From: a bacterium
Lineage (GTDB): Bacteria; Actinomycetota; Acidimicrobiia; Acidimicrobiales; Bin134
Reading direction: 5' to 3'
Length of the DNA: 64,000 nt
Assembly: GCA_026709025.1 (NCBI GenBank)
Contig: JAPOTT010000019.1
Location: 20,094-84,093 of the forward strand
The stretch's first letter is position 1. Every line of letters begins with the position of its first letter. Shown piece after piece: positions 47,007-57,527 of the stretch. The notes under the pieces are model-generated. The model was not told the origin of the DNA, made no database searches, and worked only from the letters and a program-made list of their open reading frames with translations. The position numbers were made by a program, and so were the translations under genes.

Positions 47007-48044
47007 TTGCAAGCTAACCTCTTTGTGATGATGGATTTACCTCTGTTCCCCGTGATTGAGGCCACCCATACAGATGTGCTAGATGGCATTGGTAGCTATA
47101 CCGCTTGTGTGAACGACCCGCCTTGGTCTGCTATGGCCGCAGGGGTACGACCTCCCCAACGGCTTGTTTCTGCATGGAACATGGATGTAACCCACCTAGA
47201 GTCGCTCATTGCAGCTGAGGGGGACTCTGATGTGGTTGTAGGCATTGGCGGGGGCTCGGCCATGGATACTGCCAAGTTCATTGCTTGGAAAACCAACAAG
47301 CCACTTTTGCAGATACCAACCATTGTTTCGGTGGATGCCGGGTTTACAAGAGATGTGGGTGTGCGTGTGGATGGCAACGTTACCTACATCGGCAAAATAG
47401 TGCCGCAAAACGTGGTGCTAGATGTAGACCTTATTCGCTCGGCCCCACCCTACCTAAATAGGGCAGGAGTTGGAGACATTCTTTCTTGCATGACAGGGCT
47501 GTACGACTGGCGGCTGGCTTGTAAACATGGCGAGGGGGTGCCGTGGGATGAGGAGCTAGCAGCATTGGGTGAGGAGTTGCTAGGTGAGCTAGAGAGCTAT
47601 GCAACCGAAGTGGGCGAGGTGAGTGCAGATGCAGTTAGGTGGTTGGCTTGGGCTTATCGACGCATCGGCGCGGCGTGTATGCAAGCTCAACATTCGCGCT
47701 TTGAGGAAGGCTCAGAACATTTCTTGGGCTACAGCTATGAGTATCACACTGGCACACATCAGATACACGGTGAGCTGATTGCCATGTGTGTGGTTGCAGC
47801 AGCAGAGCTTCAAGGTGAGGGCCAGCACCGTGCTGTGAACATCATAGGGAGGTCTAAGGCTAGAGCTCATCCCGAAGACTTGGGTATCTCGCGCCAAGAG
47901 TTTGCACAGGCTCTATTGGACCTTCCAGATTATGTGCGCCGCCAAGAACTCGACTTTTCAGTAGTAGATGTAACCCAAATAGACACTGCGGTTGTGGAGC
48001 GGCTCTGGCAAGCCGTAACCGAGTTGGAGCGCTCAGAGGATTGA
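47007..48044 (+). CDS. Iron-containing alcohol dehydrogenase / glycerol-1-phosphate dehydrogenase-like protein
   Basis: 345-aa ORF with VVGIGGGSAMDTAKF and PTIVSVDAGF motifs. The start is uncertain (TTG at 47007, or ATG at 47028/47031). Confidence 0.6.
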   Translation: MQANLFVMMDLPLFPVIEATHTDVLDGIGSYTACVNDPPWSAMAAGVRPPQRLVSAWNMDVTHLESLIAAEGDSDVVVGIGGGSAMDTAKFIAWKTNKPLLQIPTIVSVDAGFTRDVGVRVDGNVTYIGKIVPQNVVLDVDLIRSAPPYLNRAGVGDILSCMTGLYDWRLACKHGEGVPWDEELAALGEELLGELESYATEVGEVSADAVRWLAWAYRRIGAACMQAQHSRFEEGSEHFLGYSYEYHTGTHQIHGELIAMCVVAAAELQGEGQHRAVNIIGRSKARAHPEDLGISRQEFAQALLDLPDYVRRQELDFSVVDVTQIDTAVVERLWQAVTELERSED

Positions 48045-48179
48045 GGTGGAGCGCCGCGAGGATTTTTGATAGCAGAGTTCTGGCACCACACTTCTTGACA
48101 GGGCCTGTTTGAGTTCGTATTGTGCGCGCCATAGCAGATAGAGCCAAGTTTCTTGGCCTGTAATCATGGAGGGAAAATT

Positions 48180-49571
48180 ATGCTGTCAATGCTTGGAAAG
48201 CTCCTGCAAGGGAGGTACCGCCTCTTGTTAGCCCCTGTAGCTGTGTTGGCGTTGGTGATGTCGGCATGTGGCAACGACGATGACGGTTCAGGTGCGGGTG
48301 ATACCTCAACTTCCGAGGCCACTGCTGCAGCCGGGCCTGCTCCCACCCAATCCGCTGAGTCGGTTAGCTTGCGGGTGGCCTACTTTAACGGTGCTGGTCA
48401 ACCGGAGGTAGATTTACGTGAGGAGCAGGCTGCGGCGTTTGAAGCTTTGTATCCGAATGTAAGCATCACGATGGAACCTGTTGCTGACTGGCAGACCACT
48501 CTTATTCCGCAGATTTCAGCGGGCACGGCACCGGATGTTTTGTGGGGTGGCACCGATGATGGTTACGGACAGTTTGTGGGGCTAGATGCTTTTTTGCCTT
48601 TGGGTTCGTATGTGGAGGCCGATGGTTACGACTTGTCTGCATGGCCTTCTAGCATGATTCAGCATTTTTCTGATTCTGATGGCGAGTTGTTGTTGTTGCC
48701 TACATCTAATTTGTCGTTCAACTTCTTGTATTACAACAAGAGCATCTTTGATGAGGCTGGTATGGACTACCCAGATGGGTCGTGGTCGATTGATGACCTC
48801 ATTAGCGTTGCCCGTGAGTTGTCTGTTCAAGATGAGCAGTGGGGCTTTGGGTTTGCTTGGGATGATCTGTATCAAACCTGGATGCGGATGTATGGCTGCG
48901 AATTCTCCGACGATCCCACCTTCGCTACCGATTACACCTACAACGGCCCACACTGCGCCGAAGCACTTGCTGAGCTAGATGAGCTAAGCCGCGAGGGTGT
49001 TATCAACTGGGATACAGGTGCCCAATGGGGTGGCCTAGCGCCGGGTGATGCCACAGGCGAATCAGCGTTTTCTGCTGGCCACGTAGCCATGTTGTTGTCG
49101 GGCACTTGGGAAGCACCCACCATTGCAGATAACTCTGGTGGAGCTTTTGAGTTTGATGCCGCAGCCGCACCCCTAGATGACGGAGGCCGCATTCAAGGCG
49201 CCGCATCAGGCTTTGGTGTGTATTCTGGCACCGATAATCCACAGTGGGCTTGGGAGTATGTGAAGTTCATTGCTGGCCCGCAAGGGCAAGAAGCTGAAGC
49301 CGAAATTGGGATTGGACAATCACCCATTTCTTCTATCTTGGATCAGGTGTACTGCGCTTCTGATGCACCACCTGAAAGCAAGTGTGAGGTGGCTAAGAAC
49401 GGTGCTGCTAACACAGTGTGGGAGCCACTCAACGATGGATGGATTCCTGGTTTTTGGGATGTGATTACCTCAGCTGTACAGAGCGGGTTTACTGCGGGGT
49501 CGGCACCAGATTGGCAAGCCCTGCTTGACGATGCCGTAGAAGACTCCCGTATAGCCGGGCCTCTGTTGTGA
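48180..49571 (+). CDS. ABC sugar transporter substrate-binding lipoprotein
   Basis: Signal plus lipobox LVMSACGNDDDG, with a family-1 solute-binding layout. I start it at the ATG at 48180, preceded by GGAGGG at 6 nt. Confidence 0.8.
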   Translation: MLSMLGKLLQGRYRLLLAPVAVLALVMSACGNDDDGSGAGDTSTSEATAAAGPAPTQSAESVSLRVAYFNGAGQPEVDLREEQAAAFEALYPNVSITMEPVADWQTTLIPQISAGTAPDVLWGGTDDGYGQFVGLDAFLPLGSYVEADGYDLSAWPSSMIQHFSDSDGELLLLPTSNLSFNFLYYNKSIFDEAGMDYPDGSWSIDDLISVARELSVQDEQWGFGFAWDDLYQTWMRMYGCEFSDDPTFATDYTYNGPHCAEALAELDELSREGVINWDTGAQWGGLAPGDATGESAFSAGHVAMLLSGTWEAPTIADNSGGAFEFDAAAAPLDDGGRIQGAASGFGVYSGTDNPQWAWEYVKFIAGPQGQEAEAEIGIGQSPISSILDQVYCASDAPPESKCEVAKNGAANTVWEPLNDGWIPGFWDVITSAVQSGFTAGSAPDWQALLDDAVEDSRIAGPLL

Positions 49572-50527
49572 CAGATGGACAGGGCCGTCTGCAACTCCGC
49601 AGGCGGCCCCGTCCACAACCAAACCGCAAGCTAGCTAAGCGCGAAGCGCGCTGGTTCTACTTCTTTATTGCACCCTGGCTAATTGGGTTCATATTCTTTG
49701 GGCTTTGGCCCATTGCAGCCTCATTTGGGTTGGCCTTTTCTGATTACGACTTAGGCGGGTGGCCTAGTTTTGTGGGGCTAGACAACTTTGAGAAGATGGT
49801 TGACCCTGTACAAGGGCCTGTGCTGGCCAAGGCCATCCGAAACACCTTGTTCATCGCCCTGACTGTGGTGCCTTTGCAGTTAGCGCTGGGGTTGGGCCTA
49901 GCTGTGTTGCTTAGCCAAAACGTGCGTGGTATGCCCATATTCCGCACTGCCTTCTACCTGCCTTCAGTAGTGGCGGGCGTGGCTAGCATCGTGGTGTGGA
50001 TATGGATTTTGGGTAGCGACGGCCTACTCAATCAGGGTTTAGAGCTGTTGGGGATAGATGGCCCTGTGTGGTTGCGTGATCCTGCCACGGTAAAGCTAGG
50101 GGTGATTATCGTGATGGTGTGGGGAGGCACCGGAGCGATGATGCTCATATTCTTGGCTGGCTTACAGGGGCTGCCAAGCGAGCTGTTGGATGCCGCAGCA
50201 GTAGATGGGGCTGGGCCGCTTCGACGGTTCTGGCATGTGAAACTACCGCTCCTCACCCCGCAGCTCTTTTTTAACCTAGTGATTGGCTTAGCGAGCGGGT
50301 TAGGAGTGTTCACCGAGACCTATGTGATCTCCACCGACCCGGGTAGCGGCGCGCCTGCCAATGAATCTCTAACTTTGGTTATGTACATCTACCGGCAACT
50401 ACTTCGCAACCTTCAAGCCGGTTATGCCTCTGCTGTGGCCTGGGTGTTCACCGCCGCCGTAGCTTTGCTCACTGCATTGCAGTTTTGGAGTTCGCGCCGC
50501 TGGGTGCATTACGAGTACGAGAACTAA
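49568..50527 (+). CDS. ABC sugar transporter permease (MalF/UgpA-like)
   Basis: 319-aa polytopic ORF with the EAA-loop-like DAAAVDGAGPLRRFWHVKLP. Its GTG start overlaps the SBP stop. Confidence 0.85.
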   Translation: MTDGQGRLQLRRRPRPQPNRKLAKREARWFYFFIAPWLIGFIFFGLWPIAASFGLAFSDYDLGGWPSFVGLDNFEKMVDPVQGPVLAKAIRNTLFIALTVVPLQLALGLGLAVLLSQNVRGMPIFRTAFYLPSVVAGVASIVVWIWILGSDGLLNQGLELLGIDGPVWLRDPATVKLGVIIVMVWGGTGAMMLIFLAGLQGLPSELLDAAAVDGAGPLRRFWHVKLPLLTPQLFFNLVIGLASGLGVFTETYVISTDPGSGAPANESLTLVMYIYRQLLRNLQAGYASAVAWVFTAAVALLTALQFWSSRRWVHYEYEN

Positions 50528-50529
50528 CG

Positions 50530-51435
50530 GTGTTGTTACAAACCAAGCCGTCTTCGGAATCTACCGATACCACTGCTAGCGGTAGCAGGCGTATCAAGCG
50601 GAGCGGCAAGCCCCGTTTTGTGCGGCGAGGGTTTTTGTATCTGAGCTTAATTGGGCTTTCGTTTTTGTTTGCGCTGCCGTTTTTGTGGCAGTTTGGAGCA
50701 TCCTTTAAAACCAACGCTGAGATCATCCAACCCGGATTAAATCTCATCCCCGAATCGTTTCGGTTGGACAACTTCCGCCGAGCTTTTGAAGAGGTGCCGT
50801 TTGATCTGTGGTTTTACAACTCCTTGTTCATCGCTGTGCTTGCCACTATCGGAGCTACTTTATCTTCAGCGTTTTGTGCTTATGGGTTTGCGGTGCTGCG
50901 CGCCCGTGGTAGCAGCCTTTGGTTTGGTTTGGCTCTGGTAACCATCTTCATCCCTTTTGAGGCGTTGCTGATCCCTGAGTTCATCTTGTTCTCCAAGCTG
51001 GGTTGGCTGAACACTCCTTGGCCGCTAATCATTCCCTGGTGGTTTGGCGGAGGAGCCTTCAACATCTTCTTGATGCGACAGTTTTTCAAGGGCTTACCCC
51101 ATGAGTTGGTGGATGCTGCGCGCATAGACGGTGCTTCTGAGGTGCGTATCTTCTGGCAGATTATGTTGCCGCTCACCATTCCTGCGTTGACCGTGGTTGC
51201 GGTGTTTCACTTCATCTACATCTGGAACGATTTTTTACGTCCGTTGGTTTATCTGCAAGATACCACCTCCACCACCTTGCCTGTGGGCCTGAGCAGCTTC
51301 GTTAGTCGCTTTAGGCGGGATTGGTCTATCTTGATGGCAGGCAGCGTTATGGCTCTTGTGCCCATTATCGTTTTATTTGCGGTAGCGCAGCGCTTCATCG
51401 TAAGGGGCATCAACCTTTCTGGAGTCAAGCGGTGA
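50530..51435 (+). CDS. ABC sugar transporter permease (MalG/UgpE-like)
   Basis: Contains DAARIDGASEVRIFWQIMLP. I start it at the GTG at 50530, just after the upstream stop. The ORF-track start at 50485 overlaps the previous gene. Confidence 0.85.
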   Translation: MLLQTKPSSESTDTTASGSRRIKRSGKPRFVRRGFLYLSLIGLSFLFALPFLWQFGASFKTNAEIIQPGLNLIPESFRLDNFRRAFEEVPFDLWFYNSLFIAVLATIGATLSSAFCAYGFAVLRARGSSLWFGLALVTIFIPFEALLIPEFILFSKLGWLNTPWPLIIPWWFGGGAFNIFLMRQFFKGLPHELVDAARIDGASEVRIFWQIMLPLTIPALTVVAVFHFIYIWNDFLRPLVYLQDTTSTTLPVGLSSFVSRFRRDWSILMAGSVMALVPIIVLFAVAQRFIVRGINLSGVKR

Positions 51436-53801
51436 CCAACGCCTACTTTGTCAGCGACAACCCCCGCTTATCGTTGGAGGGCACTTGGGAGATGTGGCTT
51501 GGCGATGCTCAGGATGCTTTGGCTGGTAAACCCGCACCCCACACAATCCACGTGCCCTCTAACTGGTGGTTACGCGGAGTAGATCATTCTGGCAAGGCCA
51601 CCTTTGCAAGAACCATAGAAGTTGTGCCTGATTTAGCCAAGCAGCGGTTGCGCTTGCGCTTTGAGGGGGTGGACTACTACTGCTCTGTGTGGTTAGACGG
51701 CGAGCAGTTGGGTTCGCACACAGGGTACTTTGACCCGTTCTGGTTTGATCTTGAACCTCTTGAGGTTGGTTCACACCGTTTAGTGGTTGAGGTGGATTCG
51801 CCCTATGAACCCTGGGGCACGGTGTGGCACATGCACAAAACGCTCATCAAGGGTGTTTTTGGTCATCACGATGGTCGACCAGGTGCTTCGTGGAGCAAAG
51901 ACGGCCAAGCTGCAAACTCAGGTGGGATTTGGGCACCGGTAACCCTAGAGCGTTGGCAATCTGAGGTGATGATCGACAATGCAGTGGTGCGTGGCACGCC
52001 GGTTGTGGGCAGTTCACAACAGCCTGGTTTGGCTGATGTACATTTGACAGGGAGGCTGTCGGTAAGCAGTGCGACACCCCGAGTTTTGCAGGTGACCTTG
52101 AAGATGGTTGGCCCTAATGACTCGGGGGAGATGTGGTTAGATGTGGAGGTCCCCGACGGCGCAGACACGGTGGAGTTTTCTGGGCAGGCTTGCTTGGAGT
52201 TGGCCGACCGGTGGAGTTCTTGGGATCAGGGTTCACCGGTTCTCTATGACTGCCAGATCACCGTGACCGGTGCTGTAACCCGCAGCGGTGCTGTAACCCG
52301 CAGCGGTGCTGTAACCCGTAGCGATGCTGTGACTCGCAGCGGTGCTGTGCGCTCCAACAAAGCAGTGCTTGCTTCCACAACATTGCGTACCGGCATCCGC
52401 TCTGTGCGCGTGGACGATTCGTATCGCTGGCACCTAAACGGCTGTGAAGTGTGGATTCGCGGCACCAACTACATCGGCACCTACTGGCCAACTGAGTACA
52501 CCGAGGAGTTGGTGCGCCAAGATCTTCAGCTAATCCGTGCTGCGGGCATTAACCAAGTGCGAGTTCATGCTCATCTAGCCGCGCCGGTGGTGTATCAGGT
52601 GGCCGATGAGCTAGGTCTGATGGTGTGGCAGGACTTCCCACTGCAGTGGGGTTACACCGACACAGCAGAGTTTCACGAAGAAGCCCATCGGCAGATGCGG
52701 GCTATGTTGAACATCTTGGGCAGCCACCCGTGCGTGGTTGCTTGGTGTTGCCATAACGAGTCTCCATGGGATGCGCCGTGGATGGCATCCGAGTTTGGCG
52801 GCTCATACGACCCCGCTCACAATCGTCAACTAGATGCCGACCTTGAGACCATCGTTCGCCAACAAGACAGCACCCGCTATGTGCATCGCAACAGCGGCAC
52901 TGGAGACAGCCACCACTACGCGGGTTGGTATTTTGGGCGCTGGGAGGATTTTGCTTTGCGCCCCGGTGGGCCTTTTGTAACCGAGTACGGCTCTTTAGCG
53001 CCACCTGATGTGGACACCTTGAGAGAGATCATTCCTGTTGAGGCACATGGGTACGACTCCAAAGCAGCCCGGCGTACTTGGGCATTTCACGATTTTCAGC
53101 ACAAAGAAACCAAGAAGTACATCAAGGTCTTGCCTTCAGATGGGCTTGAGGAGTATGTAATTGCAGCACAGGCTTATCAGGCCAACTTAATTCAGGTGGC
53201 TACGGAGTCTTATCGGCGTGGCAAGCCACGTGTACCGGGCGCTTTGCCAGCCGATGGAGGCCCGCTCATTACCGGGGTGCATCATTTCATGGCAACAGAA
53301 GGATGGGAAGCCCTTACTTGGGCTGTGTTAGATCACAAGCGTCAACCTAAACCCGGCTACCACGCCCTAGCTAGGGCAATGGCTCCGTTGCTGGTGTGTA
53401 CGGAACTGTTGGATGCAGGTGAGGTGCCCGATATGAAGCTACGGGCGCGCCGTGCGGTTATTTTACGCTTTTGGCTCATCAACGATTTGCCAGAGGCGAT
53501 CCCCGCTGCTGTGCTGCGCTGGCACATTCAGCCAATCAGCAACCCAATGGTTTTGGCATCAAACGAGTTGCTTGATACATCCGACAAAGCAAAGCAGTTA
53601 CCCCCTGTGAACCCCAACAGCCCTTTGCAGGGTACGCTGCAAACCACAGGTGCCGAGGCCAACTCGGCGCAAATCTTGGGCACAACCACAACCCCCTTAC
53701 GCTTGCCACAGGGCTGGTATCGGATTGCGTTGTGCTTGCAAGCAACCCAAACCGCAGCCACACTGGCGCAAAATCATCTAGATGTGGAAGTACGGCCTTA
53801 A
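51432..53801 (+). CDS. Glycoside hydrolase family 2-like enzyme (beta-mannosidase / exo-beta-glucosaminidase-like)
   Basis: LRFEGVDYYCSVWLDGEQLGSHTGYFDPFWFDL (GH2 sugar-binding domain); NQVRVHAH...WQDFPLQW...CHNESPW (TIM barrel with an NE acid/base). I start it at the GTG at 51432, overlapping the permease stop. Confidence 0.75.
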   Translation: MTNAYFVSDNPRLSLEGTWEMWLGDAQDALAGKPAPHTIHVPSNWWLRGVDHSGKATFARTIEVVPDLAKQRLRLRFEGVDYYCSVWLDGEQLGSHTGYFDPFWFDLEPLEVGSHRLVVEVDSPYEPWGTVWHMHKTLIKGVFGHHDGRPGASWSKDGQAANSGGIWAPVTLERWQSEVMIDNAVVRGTPVVGSSQQPGLADVHLTGRLSVSSATPRVLQVTLKMVGPNDSGEMWLDVEVPDGADTVEFSGQACLELADRWSSWDQGSPVLYDCQITVTGAVTRSGAVTRSGAVTRSDAVTRSGAVRSNKAVLASTTLRTGIRSVRVDDSYRWHLNGCEVWIRGTNYIGTYWPTEYTEELVRQDLQLIRAAGINQVRVHAHLAAPVVYQVADELGLMVWQDFPLQWGYTDTAEFHEEAHRQMRAMLNILGSHPCVVAWCCHNESPWDAPWMASEFGGSYDPAHNRQLDADLETIVRQQDSTRYVHRNSGTGDSHHYAGWYFGRWEDFALRPGGPFVTEYGSLAPPDVDTLREIIPVEAHGYDSKAARRTWAFHDFQHKETKKYIKVLPSDGLEEYVIAAQAYQANLIQVATESYRRGKPRVPGALPADGGPLITGVHHFMATEGWEALTWAVLDHKRQPKPGYHALARAMAPLLVCTELLDAGEVPDMKLRARRAVILRFWLINDLPEAIPAAVLRWHIQPISNPMVLASNELLDTSDKAKQLPPVNPNSPLQGTLQTTGAEANSAQILGTTTTPLRLPQGWYRIALCLQATQTAATLAQNHLDVEVRP
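52269..52355. repeat. 18-bp tandem repeat, about 4.8 copies (GGTGCTGTAACCCGCAGC), encoding (GAVTRS)n inside the GH2 gene
   Basis: Read directly. Units start at 52269, 52287, 52305, 52323 (diverged) and 52341 (partial). The protein reads GAVTRSGAVTRSGAVTRSDAVTRSGAVRS. Confidence 0.95.
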
Positions 53802-53935
53802 GGAAGTTTGGAGCAACACAGGTATCTGGTATGTATAATGCTGCTGGGGCGTGAGGCTGGCCCCAGTGTTACCCATTACATAGCACCGTAGCTAGAAGCG
53901 CAGGCCGCTGGTGTGGTGCTAATGCGAGGTGTGCA

Positions 53936-55183
53936 ATGTTGGACCAGCTAGCTATCTGTGGAGGCACTCCGGTTCGGGCCCAGGGTTACCCTGATTGGCC
54001 TGATGTGGATGAGGCCACAGTTGCCCGAATAACCGAAACCGCCCGTTCGGGGCAGTGGGGCGGTTTTCCTTTTCCCGGCCCTAATACCGCCATTTTTGCT
54101 GAGCGGTTTGCGGCCTTGCATGAGGTAAACCATGCCATTGTGATGGCAAATGGAACCGTTACCATGGAGGTTGCCCTCAAGGCTCTAGGCATCGGTTGGG
54201 GCGACGAGGTAATCGTGCCAGCGCTAACCTTTGCAGCTACGGCTTATGCGCCACTAGCGGCAGGCGCGTTGCCGGTGATTGTTGATGTGGTGCCCGACTC
54301 GTTAGCTATAGACCCCGATGCTGTTGAGGCTGCTATTACACCGCGCACTAGAGCCATAATTCCTGTTCATCTTGGTCAGGTGATGGCCGATATGGATCGC
54401 CTAGTGGAGATTGCCAAACAGCATGATTTGGCAATCATTGAGGACTGCGCCCACAGCCACGGCAAGCAGTGGCAGGGGGTTAGTGCCGGTGCCATAGCCG
54501 AGTTTGGCTCGTTCAGTCACCAGAGTTCCAAGATACTCACCTCAGGCGAAGGCGGCACCCTTACCACCAACGATGAACACCTAGCCGAGCTAGCAGCCTC
54601 TGTGATTGATTGTGGGCGTGCCAAAGATGCTGCCGAAGAGCACTACACCTTTGGGGCTAACTATCGTCTCAGCGACCTTCAAGCCGCAGCCCTAGTAGGG
54701 CAGTTGGACAAGTTTGAACAGCAGATGGCCCAACGAGCTGAGGCTGCTGCCTACTTTGAGGAGCAAATGGCCAGCGTGGAGGGGGTTCGCTTGTTGGAGA
54801 TAGACCAGCGCATCACGCGGCGTAGCTTCTACCGCTACATCGTGTGCATTAGCCCTGAAGCCTTTGGCGGGGCCGATAACGATTTGGTATGCGATGCGCT
54901 AGACGAAGAAGGCATTGGCACTTGGGTGGGTTACCCTTCGCTCACCCGTGATCTGTTGTTTCAGCCCTGGTTGAGCCGTTTGCCGGTTGCAGTAGAACAT
55001 GCCGACCGCCTGCGGCCCGAGGCTTGGCATTGCCCGGTAGCTGAGAGGGCGGGGGGTGTGGAAACGGTCTACTTGGATGAGAACGTGTTTCGGGCCGGGC
55101 GCGATGGCGTAGACGATGCTGTGGCTGCCATTTTGAAGTTGCAAGCTGGCGCTTCACAACTTCGTTCGCTTATGGACAGCTAG
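53936..55183 (+). CDS. DegT/DnrJ/EryC1/StrS-family PLP-dependent sugar aminotransferase
   Basis: 415-aa ORF with GSFSHQSSKILTSGEGG (PLP-Lys region) and the typical N-terminus WPDVDEATVARI. Confidence 0.85.
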   Translation: MLDQLAICGGTPVRAQGYPDWPDVDEATVARITETARSGQWGGFPFPGPNTAIFAERFAALHEVNHAIVMANGTVTMEVALKALGIGWGDEVIVPALTFAATAYAPLAAGALPVIVDVVPDSLAIDPDAVEAAITPRTRAIIPVHLGQVMADMDRLVEIAKQHDLAIIEDCAHSHGKQWQGVSAGAIAEFGSFSHQSSKILTSGEGGTLTTNDEHLAELAASVIDCGRAKDAAEEHYTFGANYRLSDLQAAALVGQLDKFEQQMAQRAEAAAYFEEQMASVEGVRLLEIDQRITRRSFYRYIVCISPEAFGGADNDLVCDALDEEGIGTWVGYPSLTRDLLFQPWLSRLPVAVEHADRLRPEAWHCPVAERAGGVETVYLDENVFRAGRDGVDDAVAAILKLQAGASQLRSLMDS

Positions 55184-55185
55184 CC

Positions 55186-56259
55186 ATGCCAGTTCGTTTT
55201 GCCATGTGCGGCACCGGCTGGGTGGCCAAGATGCATGCAGATGCAATAGCAGCTACGCCTGATGCCGAATTGGTAGCAGTACACAATCATCGTACACCTA
55301 GCTTGAATAAGTTTGCAGCTTCCCATCAGGTGTCTCTGGCTACCACCAACTGGACAGAGTTCTTAGCGCTGGTGCAAGAAGCCGAGGTGGATGTGGCTGT
55401 GGTTGGTACGCCCAATGCCCTGCACGCTTCGCAGTCCATCGATCTCATGGGTGCTGGCGCGCATGTGTTGGTGGAAAAGCCAATGGCCACTTCCGTGTCT
55501 GAGGCCACAGAGATGGTGGCGGCAGCCAAGCAAACCAACAGGATCTTGATGACCGGACACCTTTGGCGCTTTGACCCTGAGGCGCAATGGTTGCGTGCTC
55601 AAGTTGACGCTGGCGCTTTGGGTATGATTGTGCGATCCCGTTCGCTCAGCGTTCATACTTGGTGGGGTCCTGATGGTTGGTTTCAACAGTCGGCCCTAGC
55701 TGGAGGAGGTGCCTTAGCCGACATGGGGGTTCACGCCATCGACACCACTCGCTACTTGCTGGGCGACCCCAAACCGATGGCCGTTACTGCCCGGATTAGT
55801 ACCAACTATGGCAGCTACGATGTGGATGACACCGCCGTTTTGTTCATCGACTGGGATAATGGAGTTAGCAGCCAGATTGAGTCGGGATGGTGGCAGGTGC
55901 ATTCCGATGGCCCTGAAGCAGCTAGTAGGTTGTATGGCAAAGATGCCTATGGATCTTTGTTCCCCACGTTTGTGAGCGGCGAACCCCCCGATGAAGCGGA
56001 TGAAGACGACGCAGAAGCCGCAGCAGCAACTGAAGATGTGGTGCCAACATCAGCAAACCCACACAAAAGCATTCCGCCGCCCTATGAGCGAGATGAGCAT
56101 TGTGGGCACATGTTGTTTGAGCGTCAGATGGCTCATGTGGTGGCCGTGGCGCAGGGAAAACAAGAACCAGCAATCGGCCCCGATGTGGGTTTAACCGTGG
56201 TGCAGCTAATGGAGGCCGCCTACAGGTCGGCTAACAAAACCCAATGGGTGACTTTGTAA
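55186..56259 (+). CDS. Gfo/Idh/MocA-family oxidoreductase
   Basis: 357-aa ORF with VRFAMCGTGWVAKMHADAI (Rossmann) and VLVEKPMA motifs. Confidence 0.85.
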   Translation: MPVRFAMCGTGWVAKMHADAIAATPDAELVAVHNHRTPSLNKFAASHQVSLATTNWTEFLALVQEAEVDVAVVGTPNALHASQSIDLMGAGAHVLVEKPMATSVSEATEMVAAAKQTNRILMTGHLWRFDPEAQWLRAQVDAGALGMIVRSRSLSVHTWWGPDGWFQQSALAGGGALADMGVHAIDTTRYLLGDPKPMAVTARISTNYGSYDVDDTAVLFIDWDNGVSSQIESGWWQVHSDGPEAASRLYGKDAYGSLFPTFVSGEPPDEADEDDAEAAAATEDVVPTSANPHKSIPPPYERDEHCGHMLFERQMAHVVAVAQGKQEPAIGPDVGLTVVQLMEAAYRSANKTQWVTL

Positions 56260-57527
56260 TGAAGGTTGCGGTGATAGGCGGTGGCAGCACCTACACCCCT
56301 GAACTAACTCAGGGTATCGTTAGCCGGGGCAGTGCTTTGGGTATCTCGGAGCTTGTTCTGCAAGACATCAGCCCCCAGCGTTTAGAGGTTGTGGGTAGCT
56401 TTGCTAAGCGAATCTGTTCGGCGGGAGGCTGGTCGGGCAAGCTCACTTGCACCCAAGATTTGGACGCTGCATTAGCAGATGCGTCATTTTGTTTGGTGCA
56501 GCTGCGGGTGGGTGGTCTGGCGGCTCGGCTAAAAGATGAGACCATCCCGCACGCCTTTGGCATTCTTGGACAAGAAACCACCGGCCCTGGTGGGTTTGCT
56601 AAGGCTTTGCGTACCGTCCCAGTGGTGTTAGATATAGCCGAGCGTTTTGGCAAGTTAGGTACACGTGATGGTTGGTTGGTGGACTTTACTAACCCTGTGG
56701 CCATCGTTACCCAAGCCCTGTGCGATAGGGGCCATCGCGCAGTGGGGTTGTGCAACGTGCCCATTGGGTTGCAGCGCGAGGTAGCAGATGCTTTTGGCAT
56801 AGACCCGCGCCGTGTGGAGTTGGAATCGGTGGGCTTAAACCATGCTTCGTGGTTCACAAATGTGTACGTAGATGGCATCTCGGTAACAGAAGAGCTGCTA
56901 GCCAAACACGCAGACAGAGTAAGCGAAGAAACTGGTTGGTCAGAGGCAGATATTCGCCGCGCTGGGGCAATTCCCTCCTACTATCAAGCCTTTTATCATC
57001 ACCCCGAGGAGATATTTGCTGAACAGCTCAACAACGGTGTTCGTGCTCAAGAAGTGATGGATACCGAAAGCGAGCTGTTGGAGCTTTATAGCGATCCGCA
57101 GCTTACAGAAATCCCTGAGCTGCTATCAGAGCGGGGTGGTGCGTGGTATTCAGAAGCGGCCCTTGAAGTGGTTGAGGCTCTTGGCTCTGAACAGGGTCGC
57201 AACCTAGTAGTGAACATTGCGAACGGTGAGGCTTTTGCGAACCTCAGAGACGATCTGGTGGTTGAGTGTACCTGCCATGTGGACACCAACGGGGCCACCC
57301 CGCTCGGTGCGATGCCGCTCACACCGCAACAGCACAGCTTGGTTGACGCATTGGATCGCTATCAGACGCTCACCATCGATGCAGCTGTGTCGGGTGATCG
57401 CAGCATTGCTCTGGAGGCGTTGGCGGCCAACCCGCTGGTGCCATCTTCCGAGGTTGCCGAGCCTTTGCTAAACGCAATCTTGGAAGCTAACCAAGAACAT
57501 CTTCCAGCCTTTTTTGCGGGCATTTGA
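56259..57527 (+). CDS. Glycoside hydrolase family 4 6-phospho-beta-glucosidase-like enzyme
   Basis: MKVAVIGGGSTYTPEL NAD-binding start, then GQETTGPGG and NFTNP-like DFTNPVAIVT. The ATG at 56259 overlaps the upstream stop (TAATG). Confidence 0.85.
   Translation: MKVAVIGGGSTYTPELTQGIVSRGSALGISELVLQDISPQRLEVVGSFAKRICSAGGWSGKLTCTQDLDAALADASFCLVQLRVGGLAARLKDETIPHAFGILGQETTGPGGFAKALRTVPVVLDIAERFGKLGTRDGWLVDFTNPVAIVTQALCDRGHRAVGLCNVPIGLQREVADAFGIDPRRVELESVGLNHASWFTNVYVDGISVTEELLAKHADRVSEETGWSEADIRRAGAIPSYYQAFYHHPEEIFAEQLNNGVRAQEVMDTESELLELYSDPQLTEIPELLSERGGAWYSEAALEVVEALGSEQGRNLVVNIANGEAFANLRDDLVVECTCHVDTNGATPLGAMPLTPQQHSLVDALDRYQTLTIDAAVSGDRSIALEALAANPLVPSSEVAEPLLNAILEANQEHLPAFFAGI

Noticed and set aside
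53844-53866. Hairpin CTGGGGC-N9-GCCCCAG between the GH2 and DegT genes
   Set aside because: The stem is only 7 bp with no T tract, and the flanking genes otherwise look co-transcribed. This is too weak to call a terminator.
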